Positions 17,154 to 27,996 are shown, counted from the stretch's first letter. The stretch: DNA of 64,000 bases from an uncultured delta proteobacterium (GCA_963782055.1 CAWAIF010000003.1:5472001-5536000); one strand, 5' to 3'. Notes: generated by a model from the letters alone, not told the origin. Numbers and translations are program-made.

Positions 17154-18824
17154 TCAGCCGTGACGGCTGGCCCCGCACCCTCTTGCCGCGCGACGCCGGA
17201 TCAGGGCCGCGCCGACGGCGGCGGTGGCGAGAAGGAGCGCGCCTCCGCCCCGCCCGGGCATGCCCGCGGTGACGCAGCCGCAGCCGCCCGAGCCCTCCCC
17301 TCCTCCGCCCGCGCCGCCGTCGTCGGTCAGGCCCGCCTCGTCGCCCGGCGTGAGCCCGCCGTCGGCGCCCACGCCCCCGTCACCACCGCCGCCCGGCTCC
17401 ACCCCTGGCGGCGGGAGGGCGGCGGGGTCCTGCAGGATGACCGCGCTCCGCGCGGGGACGCTGAGCGAGCCCGCGGGCACGTCCTTGGTGTAGGTCAGCG
17501 CGTACGCCGGCATGGTGCCGGCGGCGTCGACCGCCCCGCCGCCGGTCCACTCCGCCTGCTTCATCGCCCTGGGCACCGTGGCGGTGAGCGCGGCGCCGGA
17601 CGAGTTGACCAGCACCATCCCCGCGACGTAGTCGCGCTCGTACAGGCCGCCCTGCGCGCCGCCCTTGCCGGCGACGAGGAGCTGCTCCACGTCCGCCGGC
17701 GGCTCGGCGACGTACCCGCCGAGGTCGATCTCGTACTCCGGATACCAGGTGATGTCGGAGTTGCCGAACATGATGTAGCTCGTGCCGTTGCGCACCAGGA
17801 GGTAGGTGCCGATGAGCAGCTCACGCTCCGCCATGGTCAGGTCGGTGCCGGCCTTGGTGACGTCGGCGATCCACGTCTTGGCGTTGCCGGTGACGTAGCG
17901 GCTTATCCGCCGGACTGACGTGTACCAGTCGCCCGCGTTGGCCGTCACCGCCTGCCAGTTCTCGGTGAACGCGCCGTCGGTGCCGTCCAGGAAGGCCGGC
18001 TCCTCGTCGATGAGGGAGTCCGGGTTGGGGATGACGAGGTAGCGCCCGTGCGTCTTCGTCGGGGCGAAGGCCTTGCGCAGGTCGTCGAAGTACTGCGTGG
18101 CGCGCGGGTTCCACCACGCGGCGAGCGCCCCGTGCGAGGAGCCGCCGGCGAGCGGCGACCACCAGCCGCTCGGCTGATAGCCGTACCAGGGGTGGAAGGC
18201 GACATCGAAGAAGAAGCCGGTGGACTCGGTGGTGGCGAAGGTCTTCGCCCACGTGGTCATGGTGTCCGCCATGTACTGCTTCCACTCCGCCGACGTGATG
18301 TCCATCAGCCAGTACGGGTCCGGGTAGAAGATGCGGTCGCTCGTGAAGCCGGTGCTCGTGCCGTGCTGGTAGGCGTTCTCGCGCGTGAGGGAGTGCGCGG
18401 TGACGTATGGCGAGAAGACGTCGGTGTCCTCCTGGCCGTACGTGTCCGGCCCCACGATGTTGCCCACCGGGTTCTGCTGGTCCGCGCCGTTGAGCCCGTA
18501 GGCCAGGTGATAGACGAGCACCAGGAAGTCCGGGTTCATCTGCCGGTACTCGTCGATCTGCTTCTTGAAGACCTTCTGCGTCCCCACGTAGTGCGTGACG
18601 ATGAACTGCTTCTGCGCCTGCGAGATGGACTGCACGGCGTCGGCGAGCTGGTCCTTCCACACCAGCACGTAGCGCCTCGTGGAGGGCAGCGGGTGGGTGA
18701 GGCCGCTCGGCTGCAGCACGGCCGGCGTGAGGGGGTAGGTCACGCCCTTGGGGTGGGAGTCGGCGAGCGCCGGTGGCGCCACCCCCAGCACCAGCGAGAA
18801 GACGGCGAGATGGCTCAACCTCAT
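17154..18824 (-). CDS. Secreted putative glycoside hydrolase (GHL15-like) with MYXO-CTERM-type tail
   Basis: Signal peptide, 'GFFFD', 'DGAFTENW', 'YPEYEIDLG', 'LYERDY..GMVLVN'; C-terminal GCGC + TM + RRR. Confidence 0.7.
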   Translation of the reverse strand: MRLSHLAVFSLVLGVAPPALADSHPKGVTYPLTPAVLQPSGLTHPLPSTRRYVLVWKDQLADAVQSISQAQKQFIVTHYVGTQKVFKKQIDEYRQMNPDFLVLVYHLAYGLNGADQQNPVGNIVGPDTYGQEDTDVFSPYVTAHSLTRENAYQHGTSTGFTSDRIFYPDPYWLMDITSAEWKQYMADTMTTWAKTFATTESTGFFFDVAFHPWYGYQPSGWWSPLAGGSSHGALAAWWNPRATQYFDDLRKAFAPTKTHGRYLVIPNPDSLIDEEPAFLDGTDGAFTENWQAVTANAGDWYTSVRRISRYVTGNAKTWIADVTKAGTDLTMAERELLIGTYLLVRNGTSYIMFGNSDITWYPEYEIDLGGYVAEPPADVEQLLVAGKGGAQGGLYERDYVAGMVLVNSSGAALTATVPRAMKQAEWTGGGAVDAAGTMPAYALTYTKDVPAGSLSVPARSAVILQDPAALPPPGVEPGGGGDGGVGADGGLTPGDEAGLTDDGGAGGGGEGSGGCGCVTAGMPGRGGGALLLATAAVGAALIRRRAARGCGASRHG

Positions 18825-18927
18825 GCGTCCAAGCGGACCACCATCCGGGGCCCGAGGAAAGGCTCTCCCGCGGGCGCCCGGCGCACGGGGTCTTGGCGCT
18901 CCCCTGGCCCCGTGCTACGTCCGTGGC

Positions 18928-19959
18928 GTGAAAAACGCCTATATTTCAGGGGTCGGCGGGTACGTCCCGCCGCGCGTGGTCACCAACGACGACCTGCGCG
19001 AGAAGTACGGCATCGACACGACGCACGAGTGGATCCTGCAGCGCACCGGGATCGAGGAGCGCCGCTACGCCGACGAGGGCGTGGGCAGCTCCGACCTGGC
19101 GGTCCCCGCGTGCAAGGAGGCGATCGCCAACGCCGGCATCGCGCCGGGCGACCTGGACATGATCCTGCTCGCCACCCTCTCGCCGGACATGCACTTCCCC
19201 GGGACGAGCGTCTTCTTGCAGCGCAAGCTCGGCCTGCCGGAGGGCGACGACCCCAAGTTCGTCCCGTGCATGGACATCCGCAACCAGTGCTCCGGCTTCA
19301 TCTACGGGCTGGCGACGGCCTCCTCCCTGGTGAAGGCGGGCGGCATGAAGCACGTCCTGCTCGTCGGCACCGAGACGCACTCCGCCGCCCTGGACTTTTC
19401 CACGCGCGGCCGCCAGGTCACCTCCCTGTTCGGCGACGGCGCGGGCGCGGTGATCGTCAGCGGCACCGACGAGGAGCAGGGCCTGCGCAACTTCTTCCTC
19501 GGGGCCGACGGCCGCGGCGCGGAGGCGCTCTGCCTCCGCCTCTGGGACATCGCCAAGCGCCCGTACGTCCCGGTCGACGCCGAGGGCTTCGGCCACGTCA
19601 CGCCGGAGATGCTCTGGCCGCAGATGGAGGGCAAGACGGTCTTCAAGAACGCGGTCGAGCGCATGTGCATGGGGCTCATGCAGGCGCTCTGGGACCAGCA
19701 GCTCTCGACGAACGACGTCGACCTCTTCTTCTTCCACCAGGCGAACATGCGCATCAACCAGTACGTCGCGCAGCAGCTCGCCATCCCGGAGGAGAAGCTC
19801 GTCCACAACATCCAGAAGTACGGCAACACCACCGCCGCCACGATCCCGCTCCTGCTGTGGGAGGCCACGAAGAACGGCCGCCTGAAGCGCGGCATGAAGA
19901 TCGCGATGGTGGCCTTCGGCGCGGGCTTCACGTGGGGCTCCGCCATCATGGACTGGTGA
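18928..19959 (+). CDS. fabH: 3-oxoacyl-ACP synthase III
   Basis: 'WILQRTGIEERR', 'NQCSGFIYGL', 'LFGDGAGA', 'HQANMRI', 'YGNTTAA', 'FGAGFTWG'. Confidence 0.95.
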   Translation: MKNAYISGVGGYVPPRVVTNDDLREKYGIDTTHEWILQRTGIEERRYADEGVGSSDLAVPACKEAIANAGIAPGDLDMILLATLSPDMHFPGTSVFLQRKLGLPEGDDPKFVPCMDIRNQCSGFIYGLATASSLVKAGGMKHVLLVGTETHSAALDFSTRGRQVTSLFGDGAGAVIVSGTDEEQGLRNFFLGADGRGAEALCLRLWDIAKRPYVPVDAEGFGHVTPEMLWPQMEGKTVFKNAVERMCMGLMQALWDQQLSTNDVDLFFFHQANMRINQYVAQQLAIPEEKLVHNIQKYGNTTAATIPLLLWEATKNGRLKRGMKIAMVAFGAGFTWGSAIMDW

Positions 19960-20029
19960 CCGGCCGCCTCTGATATGCTCCCCGATCCCTGCCGCGGGCT
20001 CCGCCCGGCGGCCCCCCAGGAGGTGGATC

Positions 20030-21164
20030 TTGGAGCGCACGCGTAACGATCTCGGCTCGCCTCTCGGCAAGTTCTGTCTGGCGGTGGAGGAGCACCGCCG
20101 CACGCCCGAGGGGCGCGTGCGTACCGCCGAGCACTTCCTCGCCTTCTTCTTCCCGCCCGACGGCAAGGCGCCCCAGGACCGCATCTTCTTGCACATCCCG
20201 CAGGCGGTGCGCGGCCCGATCATCTCCGGCTGGGGGATCCGCGGCGCGAAGGCCGCCCTGCGCGACGACGACGAGAAGGTCTCCTCGGTGGTGTTCGACT
20301 CGCTCGTGGCCGGGGACCTGGTGGCCAACGCCTTCGAGGACGGGCTGCCGCCGGCGGTCGTGATCGGCTGGGCGCCGCTGGCCGACTGGTGGACCTTCTG
20401 GCGACAGAGCGCCCTCACCAAGCCGACGCTCCTCAAGGCGCTCGTCACCGCCTACGACCTCGGCCTCTTCGACGCCCGCTGGCTGCTGTCCACGCTGGAG
20501 AGCCGCGGCGGGGAGCTCAAGGGCACCGACGTGCTGAGCACCGGCCTGACGAAGGACGAGCTCGCGGAGTGGATCCGCAAGGTGCACGAGTCGGGCAACG
20601 GCTCGCCCAAGGGGCTCCTCGAGGCGCTCGGCTGGGACAAGCTGGTCCACAAGGCGCCCAACGAGGCGCTGCTCGGCGTGCTCGACGCCTTCGCGCGGAA
20701 GGTCGCCCTCGTCACCGAGCCGGAGCCGTCGAAGGAGGAGCCGGCGACCGCGGCGGGCGAGGGCCCGGCGGCGAGCTCCATCGCCAACGCGCTGACGCAG
20801 GCCGCCGACGGCAACACGAAGGACGTGGAGGAGGCGGTCACCAGCCACGGCGCGGAGGAGGACGCCGACGCCGCCTTCAAGACCGACCCGCCGCCCGCGG
20901 AGGAGGGGACCCCCGAGCCGACGACCGCGGAGGCGCGGGCCGCCGCCGAGATCCCGGTCGAGACGGATTCTGGCGCAGACCGGCCCCTACCCCGCCGCCT
21001 CGTCGGGCCGCGCGGAGACGGCGCCCAAGAGCGCCGCCGCGGCCACGCCGCCGGCCAAGGAGTCCGCCCGCAAGGTCGGCAAGGCGAAGGTCCAGGACGA
21101 CGACGACGACGAGGATGGCGACACCACCCTCTACCGCCACGGAAAGCCGGTCGCGCGACGCTGA
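20030..21164 (+). CDS. Hypothetical protein with acidic disordered tail; probable frameshift near 20968
   Basis: Removing one T of GATTCTG gives a GC3-rich continuation DLAQTGPY...DDDDDEDGDTTLYRHGKPVARR* ending at 21164 and removes overlap with the next gene. Confidence 0.65.
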
Positions 21165-21231
21165 CGTCCCGGAGGGCCGGGCGAAAAGCCCGATGGGCAC
21201 GGACACGGCGCCTGAGCTACCCTCCCGGCCC

Positions 21232-22245
21232 ATGCGTCAGGTCTGGATCACCAAGGCAGGCCCTCCCGAAGTGCTTCAGGTCCGCGAGGCCCCCGACCCG
21301 GAGGCGGGCGCGGGCAAGGTGCGCGTGCGCGTCAAGGCGTGCGGCATCAACTTCGCCGACCTGATGGCGCGCGTCGGCCTCTACCCCGACGCCCCCAAGA
21401 TCCCGTGCGTCGTGGGCTACGAGGTCTCCGGCGTCGTCGACCAGGTGGGCGAGGGCGTGGAGGGCCTCGCCGAGGGGGATCGCGTGATGGCGATGCCCTA
21501 CTTCGGCGGCTACACCGACACGCTCGTCGTCCCTCCGGAGCAGGTGTTCAAGGTGCCCGACGGCCTCGGCTTCGAGGAGGCCGCGGCGATGCCGGTCGTC
21601 TACGGCACCGCCTACAACATGATGCTCTTCTGCGGCACGACGCGGCGCGGGTCGACGATCCTCGTGCACTCGGCGGCGGGCGGCGTGGGGCTCGCCGTCA
21701 TCGACATCGCCAGGACACGCGACTGCGTCGTCATCGGCACCGCGTCGCGCGGCAAGCACGACTTCCTGCGCGAGCGCGGGTGCCAGCACCCCATCGACTC
21801 CCGCGGTGACACCGTCGCGGCGGTGCGCGCCATCGTCGGCGACGAGGGCGTGGACCTCGTCCTGGATCCCGTCGGCGGCAAGTCGTGGCAGGAGGGCTTC
21901 GACCTGCTCGCCCCGTGCGGGCGCATGGTCTGCTTCGGCTTCTCCGCGGCTGCCACCGGGGAGAAGCGCAACCTGCTGAAGGCGGCGCTGCAGCTGGTGC
22001 GGGTGCCGCGCTTCAGCCCGACGAAGCTGATGGACCAGAACAAGACGGTGGGCGGCACCAACATGGCCCACCTGTTCTCGCGGATGGACCTCTTGCGGCC
22101 CATGTTCGAGGACATGATGATGATGTACGAGCACGGCGAGCTGCACCCCCACGTCGATCGCACCTTCCGCTTCGAGGAGGCCGCCGCCGCGCACCACCAC
22201 ATCCACGACCGCAAGGCGATGGGCAAGGTGCTGCTCGTGCCGTGA
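21232..22245 (+). CDS. VAT-1-like medium-chain dehydrogenase/quinone oxidoreductase
   Basis: 'GINFADLMARVGLY', 'GYEVSGVV', 'HSAAGGVG', 'GKVLL'. Confidence 0.92.
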   Translation: MRQVWITKAGPPEVLQVREAPDPEAGAGKVRVRVKACGINFADLMARVGLYPDAPKIPCVVGYEVSGVVDQVGEGVEGLAEGDRVMAMPYFGGYTDTLVVPPEQVFKVPDGLGFEEAAAMPVVYGTAYNMMLFCGTTRRGSTILVHSAAGGVGLAVIDIARTRDCVVIGTASRGKHDFLRERGCQHPIDSRGDTVAAVRAIVGDEGVDLVLDPVGGKSWQEGFDLLAPCGRMVCFGFSAAATGEKRNLLKAALQLVRVPRFSPTKLMDQNKTVGGTNMAHLFSRMDLLRPMFEDMMMMYEHGELHPHVDRTFRFEEAAAAHHHIHDRKAMGKVLLVP

Positions 22246-22292
22246 CGACAACACCCGCGCCGCGCCGCGGGTTCGGGAATGCCGAGGGAACC

Positions 22293-23201
22293 ATGCACAA
22301 GGGCATCGTGATCACCACGGCGGCGCTCGGCGCCGTCCTCGCGGCGTGCGTGCCGCAGTCCAAGTACGATCTGGCCATCAAGGACGCGCAGCAGGCGCAC
22401 GCCGAGATGCACAAGAAGGACACCGACGCGGCGAAGCAGGCCGCGGCGAACAAGGCCACCATCGACGGCCTCAAGGGGCAGATCGACGGCCTGGGCAAGC
22501 AGCTGTTGCGCGTGGAGGAGGAGCTGGCGGCGGCGCAGAAGAAGAGCGCGGACCTGCAGGCGAAGCTGGACGACGCGACCGCCCAGGACGCCGCCCTGCG
22601 CAAGGAGCTGGACAAGCTCGGGCACAACGCCGACAAGCTCCTCGCCGAGAAGGGCACCCTGGCGAGCGCGCTCGCCGACGCCAAGGCCCGCCTGGAGGAG
22701 CTGCGCAAGGCGCAGTCCGACGCCGAGGCGCGCGCCGCCCTCTTCAAGCAGGTCGCCCTCAAGCTGCAGAAGATGGTCGACTCCGGGCAGCTCAAGGTGG
22801 TGCTGCGCCACGGCCGCATGGTCATCCAGCTCGAGAGCGACGTGCTCTTCGACTCCGGGCAGGTGCGCATCAAGCCGCGCGGCCGGGCCGCGCTGAGGGA
22901 GGTGGCGAAGGTCCTCGCCTCGGTCAACCGCGACTTCCAGGTCGCGGGCGACACCGACAACGTGCCCATCTCCACCGCGCGCTTCCCCTCCAACTGGGAG
23001 CTGTCCACCGCGCGCGCCGTCGAGGTCGCGCGGTTTCTGGTCGCGCAGGGCATGAAGCCGCAGAAGCTCTCCGCCGCCGGCTACGCCGAGTTCGATCCGG
23101 TGGCGTCCAACGCCACCGCGGAGGGCCGCGCGAAGAACCGGCGGATCGAGATCACCCTGCAGCCCAACCTGGCGGACGTGCAGCTCCCCGCGGTGAAGTA
23201 G
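22293..23201 (+). CDS. OmpA/MotB-family peptidoglycan-binding lipoprotein with coiled coil
   Basis: Lipobox 'LAAC', coiled coil, 'VLFDSG', 'NWELSTARA', 'KNRRIEI'. Confidence 0.92.
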   Translation: MHKGIVITTAALGAVLAACVPQSKYDLAIKDAQQAHAEMHKKDTDAAKQAAANKATIDGLKGQIDGLGKQLLRVEEELAAAQKKSADLQAKLDDATAQDAALRKELDKLGHNADKLLAEKGTLASALADAKARLEELRKAQSDAEARAALFKQVALKLQKMVDSGQLKVVLRHGRMVIQLESDVLFDSGQVRIKPRGRAALREVAKVLASVNRDFQVAGDTDNVPISTARFPSNWELSTARAVEVARFLVAQGMKPQKLSAAGYAEFDPVASNATAEGRAKNRRIEITLQPNLADVQLPAVK

Positions 23202-23298
23202 GCGCTGGAACCACAGGCGGGCAGCAGGCCGACCACCGGAGCCGCACACGCGGTCCTGGCACTCCACCGTGCATAAACAGGGCCCGCGGCGAGCTCGA

Positions 23299-24579
23299 TC
23301 AGAAGCGTCGTCGCGAGAAGAGGTACACGATCACCCCCACCGTCATCGCCCCGGCGGCCACGATCCACTCCTTCGCCTCCGCGCCGCTCAGGAGCACCAG
23401 CGCCACGAGCACCGTCGGGAAGGCCGACCAGGACTGGGAGGGACGCAGGCCGCGCTGCCGCTTGAAGGCGAAGTAGGCGAGGGAGAGGGCGACGATGAGG
23501 TACTGGATGACGACCGAGATGCTGGAGAGCACCAGCAGCTCGCCCAGGCTGCCCATCGAGACCAGCGCCGTCGCCGCCGCCCACGTCACCGCGAGCGCGA
23601 GCAGCGGCACGCCCCCCTTGCTCTGCCGCGCGAAGCGCGATTGCGGCGCGAGGGCGGAGAGGAAGCGCGGCGTCGTCGCCACCATGCCGAAGGCGATGCC
23701 CAGCGCGGAGAGGCTGATGCCGATGGAGACCACCACGTGCCCGAGCTTCCCGGCGTACGCCGAGCCCATCGCCACGAGCGGCGCGTGCTGGTCCGCCAGG
23801 TCGTGCACGCCGGTCACCGCCCCGTGCTGCAGCACGAGGTAGAGCAGCGTGGAGAAGGTGAGCGAGCCGAGCACCGCCACCGGGATGGTGCGCTCCCCCC
23901 CCTTCGCCTGCCCGGCGACGACCGGCACGATCTCGAAGCCCTGGAAGACGAAGGTGGCCGTCAGCGCCGCGCGCGCCCAGTGCACCGAGCCGGTGGGCTC
24001 GAGCGGCTGGTGGCCGTCCGCGGAGACGAGCACCGTCGCGGCGACGGCGAGCGCCACCAGCGGCAGCAGCTTGAGCACCGTCAGCGTGGACCAGATCCAC
24101 GCGGAGATCTCCACGCCCGTCGCCGCCACCAACGTCAGGATGGTGAGCAGGGCCACCGCCGCCACGTGCACGCCGACGGCGCCGACGCGGGCCGGCAGCA
24201 CGGCGCCCATGAAGCCCGTCATGACGGTGCTCATGCTGAAGAGCGCCGCGGTGTACGCGAGCCACCCCACCAGGAAGCCCGCCGTCTGCCCGAAGGCCTC
24301 GCGGGCGTAGACGACCGGACCGCCGTCCTCGTCGAAGCGCGCGCCCACGGTGGAGACCGCCAGCGCCACAGGGAACAGACCCAGCCCGGTCGCCGCGAGC
24401 ACCGCGATGCTCGTCCACCCCGGCGCCAGCCCCGCCAGCTTCTGCGGGGTGAAGAAGATCCCGATGCCGACGATGCCGTTGATGCCCAGCGTGAGCAGGG
24501 ACCACACGCCGAGCGGCCTCGCGTGCGCGGCCGGCTCTGCCCCCCGCGTGACGACCGCGTTGTCTCCAGGGCCCGGCAT
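23299..24579 (-). CDS. APC-family amino acid permease
   Basis: 'GINGIVGIGIF', 'DGGPVVYAREAFG', 'FQGFE'; about 12 TM segments. Confidence 0.9.
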   Translation of the reverse strand: MPGPGDNAVVTRGAEPAAHARPLGVWSLLTLGINGIVGIGIFFTPQKLAGLAPGWTSIAVLAATGLGLFPVALAVSTVGARFDEDGGPVVYAREAFGQTAGFLVGWLAYTAALFSMSTVMTGFMGAVLPARVGAVGVHVAAVALLTILTLVAATGVEISAWIWSTLTVLKLLPLVALAVAATVLVSADGHQPLEPTGSVHWARAALTATFVFQGFEIVPVVAGQAKGGERTIPVAVLGSLTFSTLLYLVLQHGAVTGVHDLADQHAPLVAMGSAYAGKLGHVVVSIGISLSALGIAFGMVATTPRFLSALAPQSRFARQSKGGVPLLALAVTWAAATALVSMGSLGELLVLSSISVVIQYLIVALSLAYFAFKRQRGLRPSQSWSAFPTVLVALVLLSGAEAKEWIVAAGAMTVGVIVYLFSRRRF

Positions 24580-24713
24580 GGACCGGAGCGACGTTACTTC
24601 GGGCGAAGGGGTCCCTCAAGGGCGAAGGGGCCGGGCGCCCCGAACGCGCACGCCCCGCCCGTCAACCTTCGCACGCGCGCTCTGCCGGCCCGGCAAACCG
24701 CATGAAACGGCGG

Positions 24714-24729
24714 TGGAGTGATTCTTGCT
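24714..24729 (+). promoter_or_regulatory. sigma54 promoter candidate
   Basis: TGGAGTGATTCTTGCT, GG-N10-GC. Confidence 0.5.
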
Positions 24730-24805
24730 GAACGGCCGCCACCTCTGCGGCAACATGATTCCAGCTCGGCCTCGCGGCCCGGGCCAGAACTCCGGGAAGG
24801 GCTTC

Positions 24806-26089
24806 ATGCGCACGACCATCGGCTTCGGGACCTTGCTTCTCTCCGCCACCCTCTTCGCCTGCGGCGGCAGCACCGCCGACAACCCCACGAGCGACGGCGG
24901 CGACACCCAGGACGCCGGCGACACGCAGGACGCGGGCGACACCCAGGACGCCGGTCCCCCCGACACCGGTACGGTCGACGCCGGCTTCCCGGCGCCGCAC
25001 CCCCTGCCCCCGCAGGTCCAGAGCTACGGCGGCGCCGTCCTCAGCGCTCCCAAGGTCGTCCCCATCTTCTTCCAGAACGACGCGATGCAGGCGCAGCTGG
25101 AGACCTTCCTCGGCAAGCTCCCCGGCTCCTCCTACTGGAAGGACACCACCGGCGAGTACGGCGTGGGCGACATCTCGGTCGGCAAGTCCATCGTCGTGAC
25201 CGACGTCGCGCCCTCGCAGGTCACGCCGGCGTCGATCGAGTCCTGGATCTCCAGCCACCTGGATGGCAGCGATCCCAACTGGCCGTCCATCGACAAGAAC
25301 ACCATCTACACGGTCTTCTACCCCGCCAGCACCATCATCTCCGACAGCCAGCTCGGCACGAGCTGCAGCACCTTCGGCGGGTACCACGACGAGGGCAAGG
25401 GCCCCAACGCCTCGCACTTCATCTACGCGGTGCTCCCGCGCTGCAGCAAGTTCGGCAGCCTCTCCGGCGTCGACGCGGTGACCGCGGCCCTCTCGCACGA
25501 GCTCGTCGAGGCCTCCACCGACCCGACCGTCCAGACCGACCCCGCCTACGCGCTCACCGACATGGACCACTTCGTCTGGAGCGTCGTGCCGCTCGGCGAG
25601 GTCGGCGACATGTGCGCGTACGAGCCGCAGAGCTACCAGCGGCTGCTGGGCAACTTCGTCGTGCAGCGCACCTGGTCCAACAAGTCGGCCAAGGCGGGCC
25701 ACGACCCGTGCGTCCCCGTCCTCGCCGACCCGTACTTCAACGCGGCACCGGTGCTGAGCGACACCGTGAGCATCGACTACTACGGGCAGACGATCGACAC
25801 CAAGGGCATCCAGATCCCCGTCGGTCAGTCCAAGACGATCGACGTGCAGCTCTTCTCCGACGCCCCCACGACCTCCTGGACCGTGCAGGCGGTGGACACG
25901 GCGTACTTCAACAACCAGCCCGCCGAGCTGAAGTTCTCCATGGACAAGCAGAGCGGCCAGAACGGCGACACCCTCCACATGACGATCACCCGCCTGAAGA
26001 ACGGCAGCATCGGCGGGACCGAGTTCGTCCTGTACTCGCAGAAGGGCGTCCAGAGCGCCAACCTGTGGTTCGGCTTCGTGCAGAACTGA
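24806..26089 (+). CDS. Secreted lipoprotein of unknown function
   Basis: Lipobox 'LFAC', (GDTQDA)x3, 'GGYH', 'SHELVEASTDP', 'EVGDMC'. Confidence 0.8.
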   Translation: MRTTIGFGTLLLSATLFACGGSTADNPTSDGGDTQDAGDTQDAGDTQDAGPPDTGTVDAGFPAPHPLPPQVQSYGGAVLSAPKVVPIFFQNDAMQAQLETFLGKLPGSSYWKDTTGEYGVGDISVGKSIVVTDVAPSQVTPASIESWISSHLDGSDPNWPSIDKNTIYTVFYPASTIISDSQLGTSCSTFGGYHDEGKGPNASHFIYAVLPRCSKFGSLSGVDAVTAALSHELVEASTDPTVQTDPAYALTDMDHFVWSVVPLGEVGDMCAYEPQSYQRLLGNFVVQRTWSNKSAKAGHDPCVPVLADPYFNAAPVLSDTVSIDYYGQTIDTKGIQIPVGQSKTIDVQLFSDAPTTSWTVQAVDTAYFNNQPAELKFSMDKQSGQNGDTLHMTITRLKNGSIGGTEFVLYSQKGVQSANLWFGFVQN

Positions 26090-26099
26090 GCGGCGCCGG

Positions 26100-26621
26100 T
26101 CACTCGCACGCGCCGGTGTAGGCCACCGACGTCCCGCCCGCGTGGGCGTAGCACGAGTTGGAGTACGTCTTCTTGTCGCAGCCGCACACCGGCATGATGA
26201 CCTGCGGACAGATCTGCGGCCGCGCCTTGCAGATGCCCTTGCCGCCGCAGTTGCCGTTGCCCTCCTCGCAGTAGTCGTTCTTCTGGGGGCAGTTGGCGTT
26301 GCTGGTGCAGCCGACGCCGCCGGAGTCGATCAAGCCGGAGTCGATCACACCGGAGTCGGCCTCACCGGAGTCGCTCGCCCCCGAATCGGTGACGCCCGAG
26401 TCGGCAGCGGCGTCGGGCGACGCGTCGCCCGTCGAGCCGTCGCCGGAGGACGCTTCTGGCGAGGCATCCCCACCCCCGTCGCCGCCGGCCGCGTCCGCCG
26501 GGGCATCGACCGTGGCGTCCGCGCCGCCGTCGTCACCGGTACCGGCGTCGTCGCCGCCGCAAGCCGCGATGGCCGCGGCGAGCACCACCGAGCCCGCGAG
26601 GATCAAGGAAAGGGAGCGCAT
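26100..26621 (-). CDS. Lipoprotein with C-terminal Kazal-type domain
   Basis: 'CPQVIMPVCGCDKKTYSNSCYA'; lipobox 'IAAC'. Confidence 0.85.
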   Translation of the reverse strand: MRSLSLILAGSVVLAAAIAACGGDDAGTGDDGGADATVDAPADAAGGDGGGDASPEASSGDGSTGDASPDAAADSGVTDSGASDSGEADSGVIDSGLIDSGGVGCTSNANCPQKNDYCEEGNGNCGGKGICKARPQICPQVIMPVCGCDKKTYSNSCYAHAGGTSVAYTGACE

Positions 26622-26714
26622 GCCCCGCATGGTACCGCCATCTCGGTCCACGCGCCCTTCATGACCTCTCCTGGGCCTTCGGGCTGTCTTGTCGGGCCAC
26701 CCCTTCCAGCACTC

Positions 26715-27128
26715 TCAGGAGAAGTGAACGCTGCACGTCGTACCGTCGCAGTGGACGAGCCTCGCGCGCTTCGCCGCCGTGTAGCGTCGTCGCGCCACGA
26801 ACCGATACGCCCGCTCGAGGACGCGGCGGAGCAGCGGCAGGTAGTACACGTACGCCAGCGGGCGCAGCAGCGGGCGCGTCATCATCACGCGCGCGACCGC
26901 CTCCGCGCCGGAGTAGACCCGGCCGTCCGGGGCGACGAGCCGCATCGCGTCCATGCACTGCGCCTGCGTGAGGCCGGGGAAGTCGTCGAGCGCGTGCGGC
27001 TGCTGGAAGTCACGCACCTCGATCCTCGCGCCCCGCGTCGCCCACCGCAGCAGGCGGTCGGCCTGCTTGCGGCAGAAGGGGCAGTGGCCGTCATAGAGCA
27101 CGACGCTCGTGTTCGAGGGGGCGCTCAC
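26715..27128 (-). CDS. DCC/DUF393 thiol-disulfide oxidoreductase-like protein
   Basis: 'VVLYDGHCPFC', 'YRFVARRRY'; GTGA overlap with the upstream stop. Confidence 0.88.
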   Translation of the reverse strand: MSAPSNTSVVLYDGHCPFCRKQADRLLRWATRGARIEVRDFQQPHALDDFPGLTQAQCMDAMRLVAPDGRVYSGAEAVARVMMTRPLLRPLAYVYYLPLLRRVLERAYRFVARRRYTAAKRARLVHCDGTTCSVHFS

Positions 27129-27943
27129 GGCGAGCTCACCAGGTTGTCGGTGAAGCGGTTCCACTGGTGCTGCTGCATGCCATCGACCTCCACGCGGGTG
27201 CCGGGGACCTGCCGCCGGATGCCCCATGCGCCCTCGCACACGGCGCGGTTGCGGACGGCGCGCTCCAGGCCGCCGGCGCCGGGCCCGACGTTGGCCGACT
27301 CGTCCCGGCCCTCCACGCGCGCCGTGACCGTCTTTCCGTCGCGCTCGAGGAGGAACGCGTTGGTGGTCTCGCGCGAGAAGAAGTGCGCGGTCACGTCTGG
27401 CGTGAGCGGGTGCTTGGTCGGGTCGTAGCTGGGGCGGACCCTGACGCCCGCGCGATCGGAGGTGAGGGCCACGTCCTCGATACGCACCCAGTCCGGCTTC
27501 GACTGCCCGGGGAGCACGATGCGGACGAAGTCGCCCACGCCCGCCGGACGGCCGGCGGCGGGGGCGCCGGTCCTGTCGTAGAGCTCGAACGTCGCGTTCT
27601 CCTTGCCGGAGAGCGCGGTCCACTGGTTGACGTCGAGGAGCTTCTTCGCCTGCGCGGCGAAGGCGGTGCGCGCCTCCGGCTCGCTGGCGTACTCCCGCGA
27701 GCTCGAGGCGCTCGACGACATCTTCCCGCGCCCGACGGTCTGCACCTCGTGGCTCACCACGCGCTCGGCGCGGGCCTTCATGTTCCTGGCGACCGTGGCC
27801 AGGTCCGCCGCGGCATGCGCGGTGCCGAGCGCGTCGGGGTCGATCTCGCGCGGCCCCGGTGTGGGGCCGGGCCCCCCCGGCGCGTCGGTGGATGGCTGCA
27901 ACTCACGGCGACTGGCGCCCGTGGCGCCCGAGATGTTGGACAT
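27125..27943 (-). CDS. Hypothetical protein
   Basis: GGAGG RBS; globular C-terminal region 'LLDVNQW...DWVRIE...HFF'. Confidence 0.7.
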   Translation of the reverse strand: MSNISGATGASRRELQPSTDAPGGPGPTPGPREIDPDALGTAHAAADLATVARNMKARAERVVSHEVQTVGRGKMSSSASSSREYASEPEARTAFAAQAKKLLDVNQWTALSGKENATFELYDRTGAPAAGRPAGVGDFVRIVLPGQSKPDWVRIEDVALTSDRAGVRVRPSYDPTKHPLTPDVTAHFFSRETTNAFLLERDGKTVTARVEGRDESANVGPGAGGLERAVRNRAVCEGAWGIRRQVPGTRVEVDGMQQHQWNRFTDNLVSSP

Positions 27944-27996
27944 GGTCTCCTCCGGATCTCCGGCCTCTCGGCCCGGGGAAGGAGGGAGTTGCGCGC

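Noticed and set aside
23256..23272. TGGCAC...TGCA as a sigma54 promoter
   Set aside because: Spacing is GG-N11-GC, and it lies between convergent genes.
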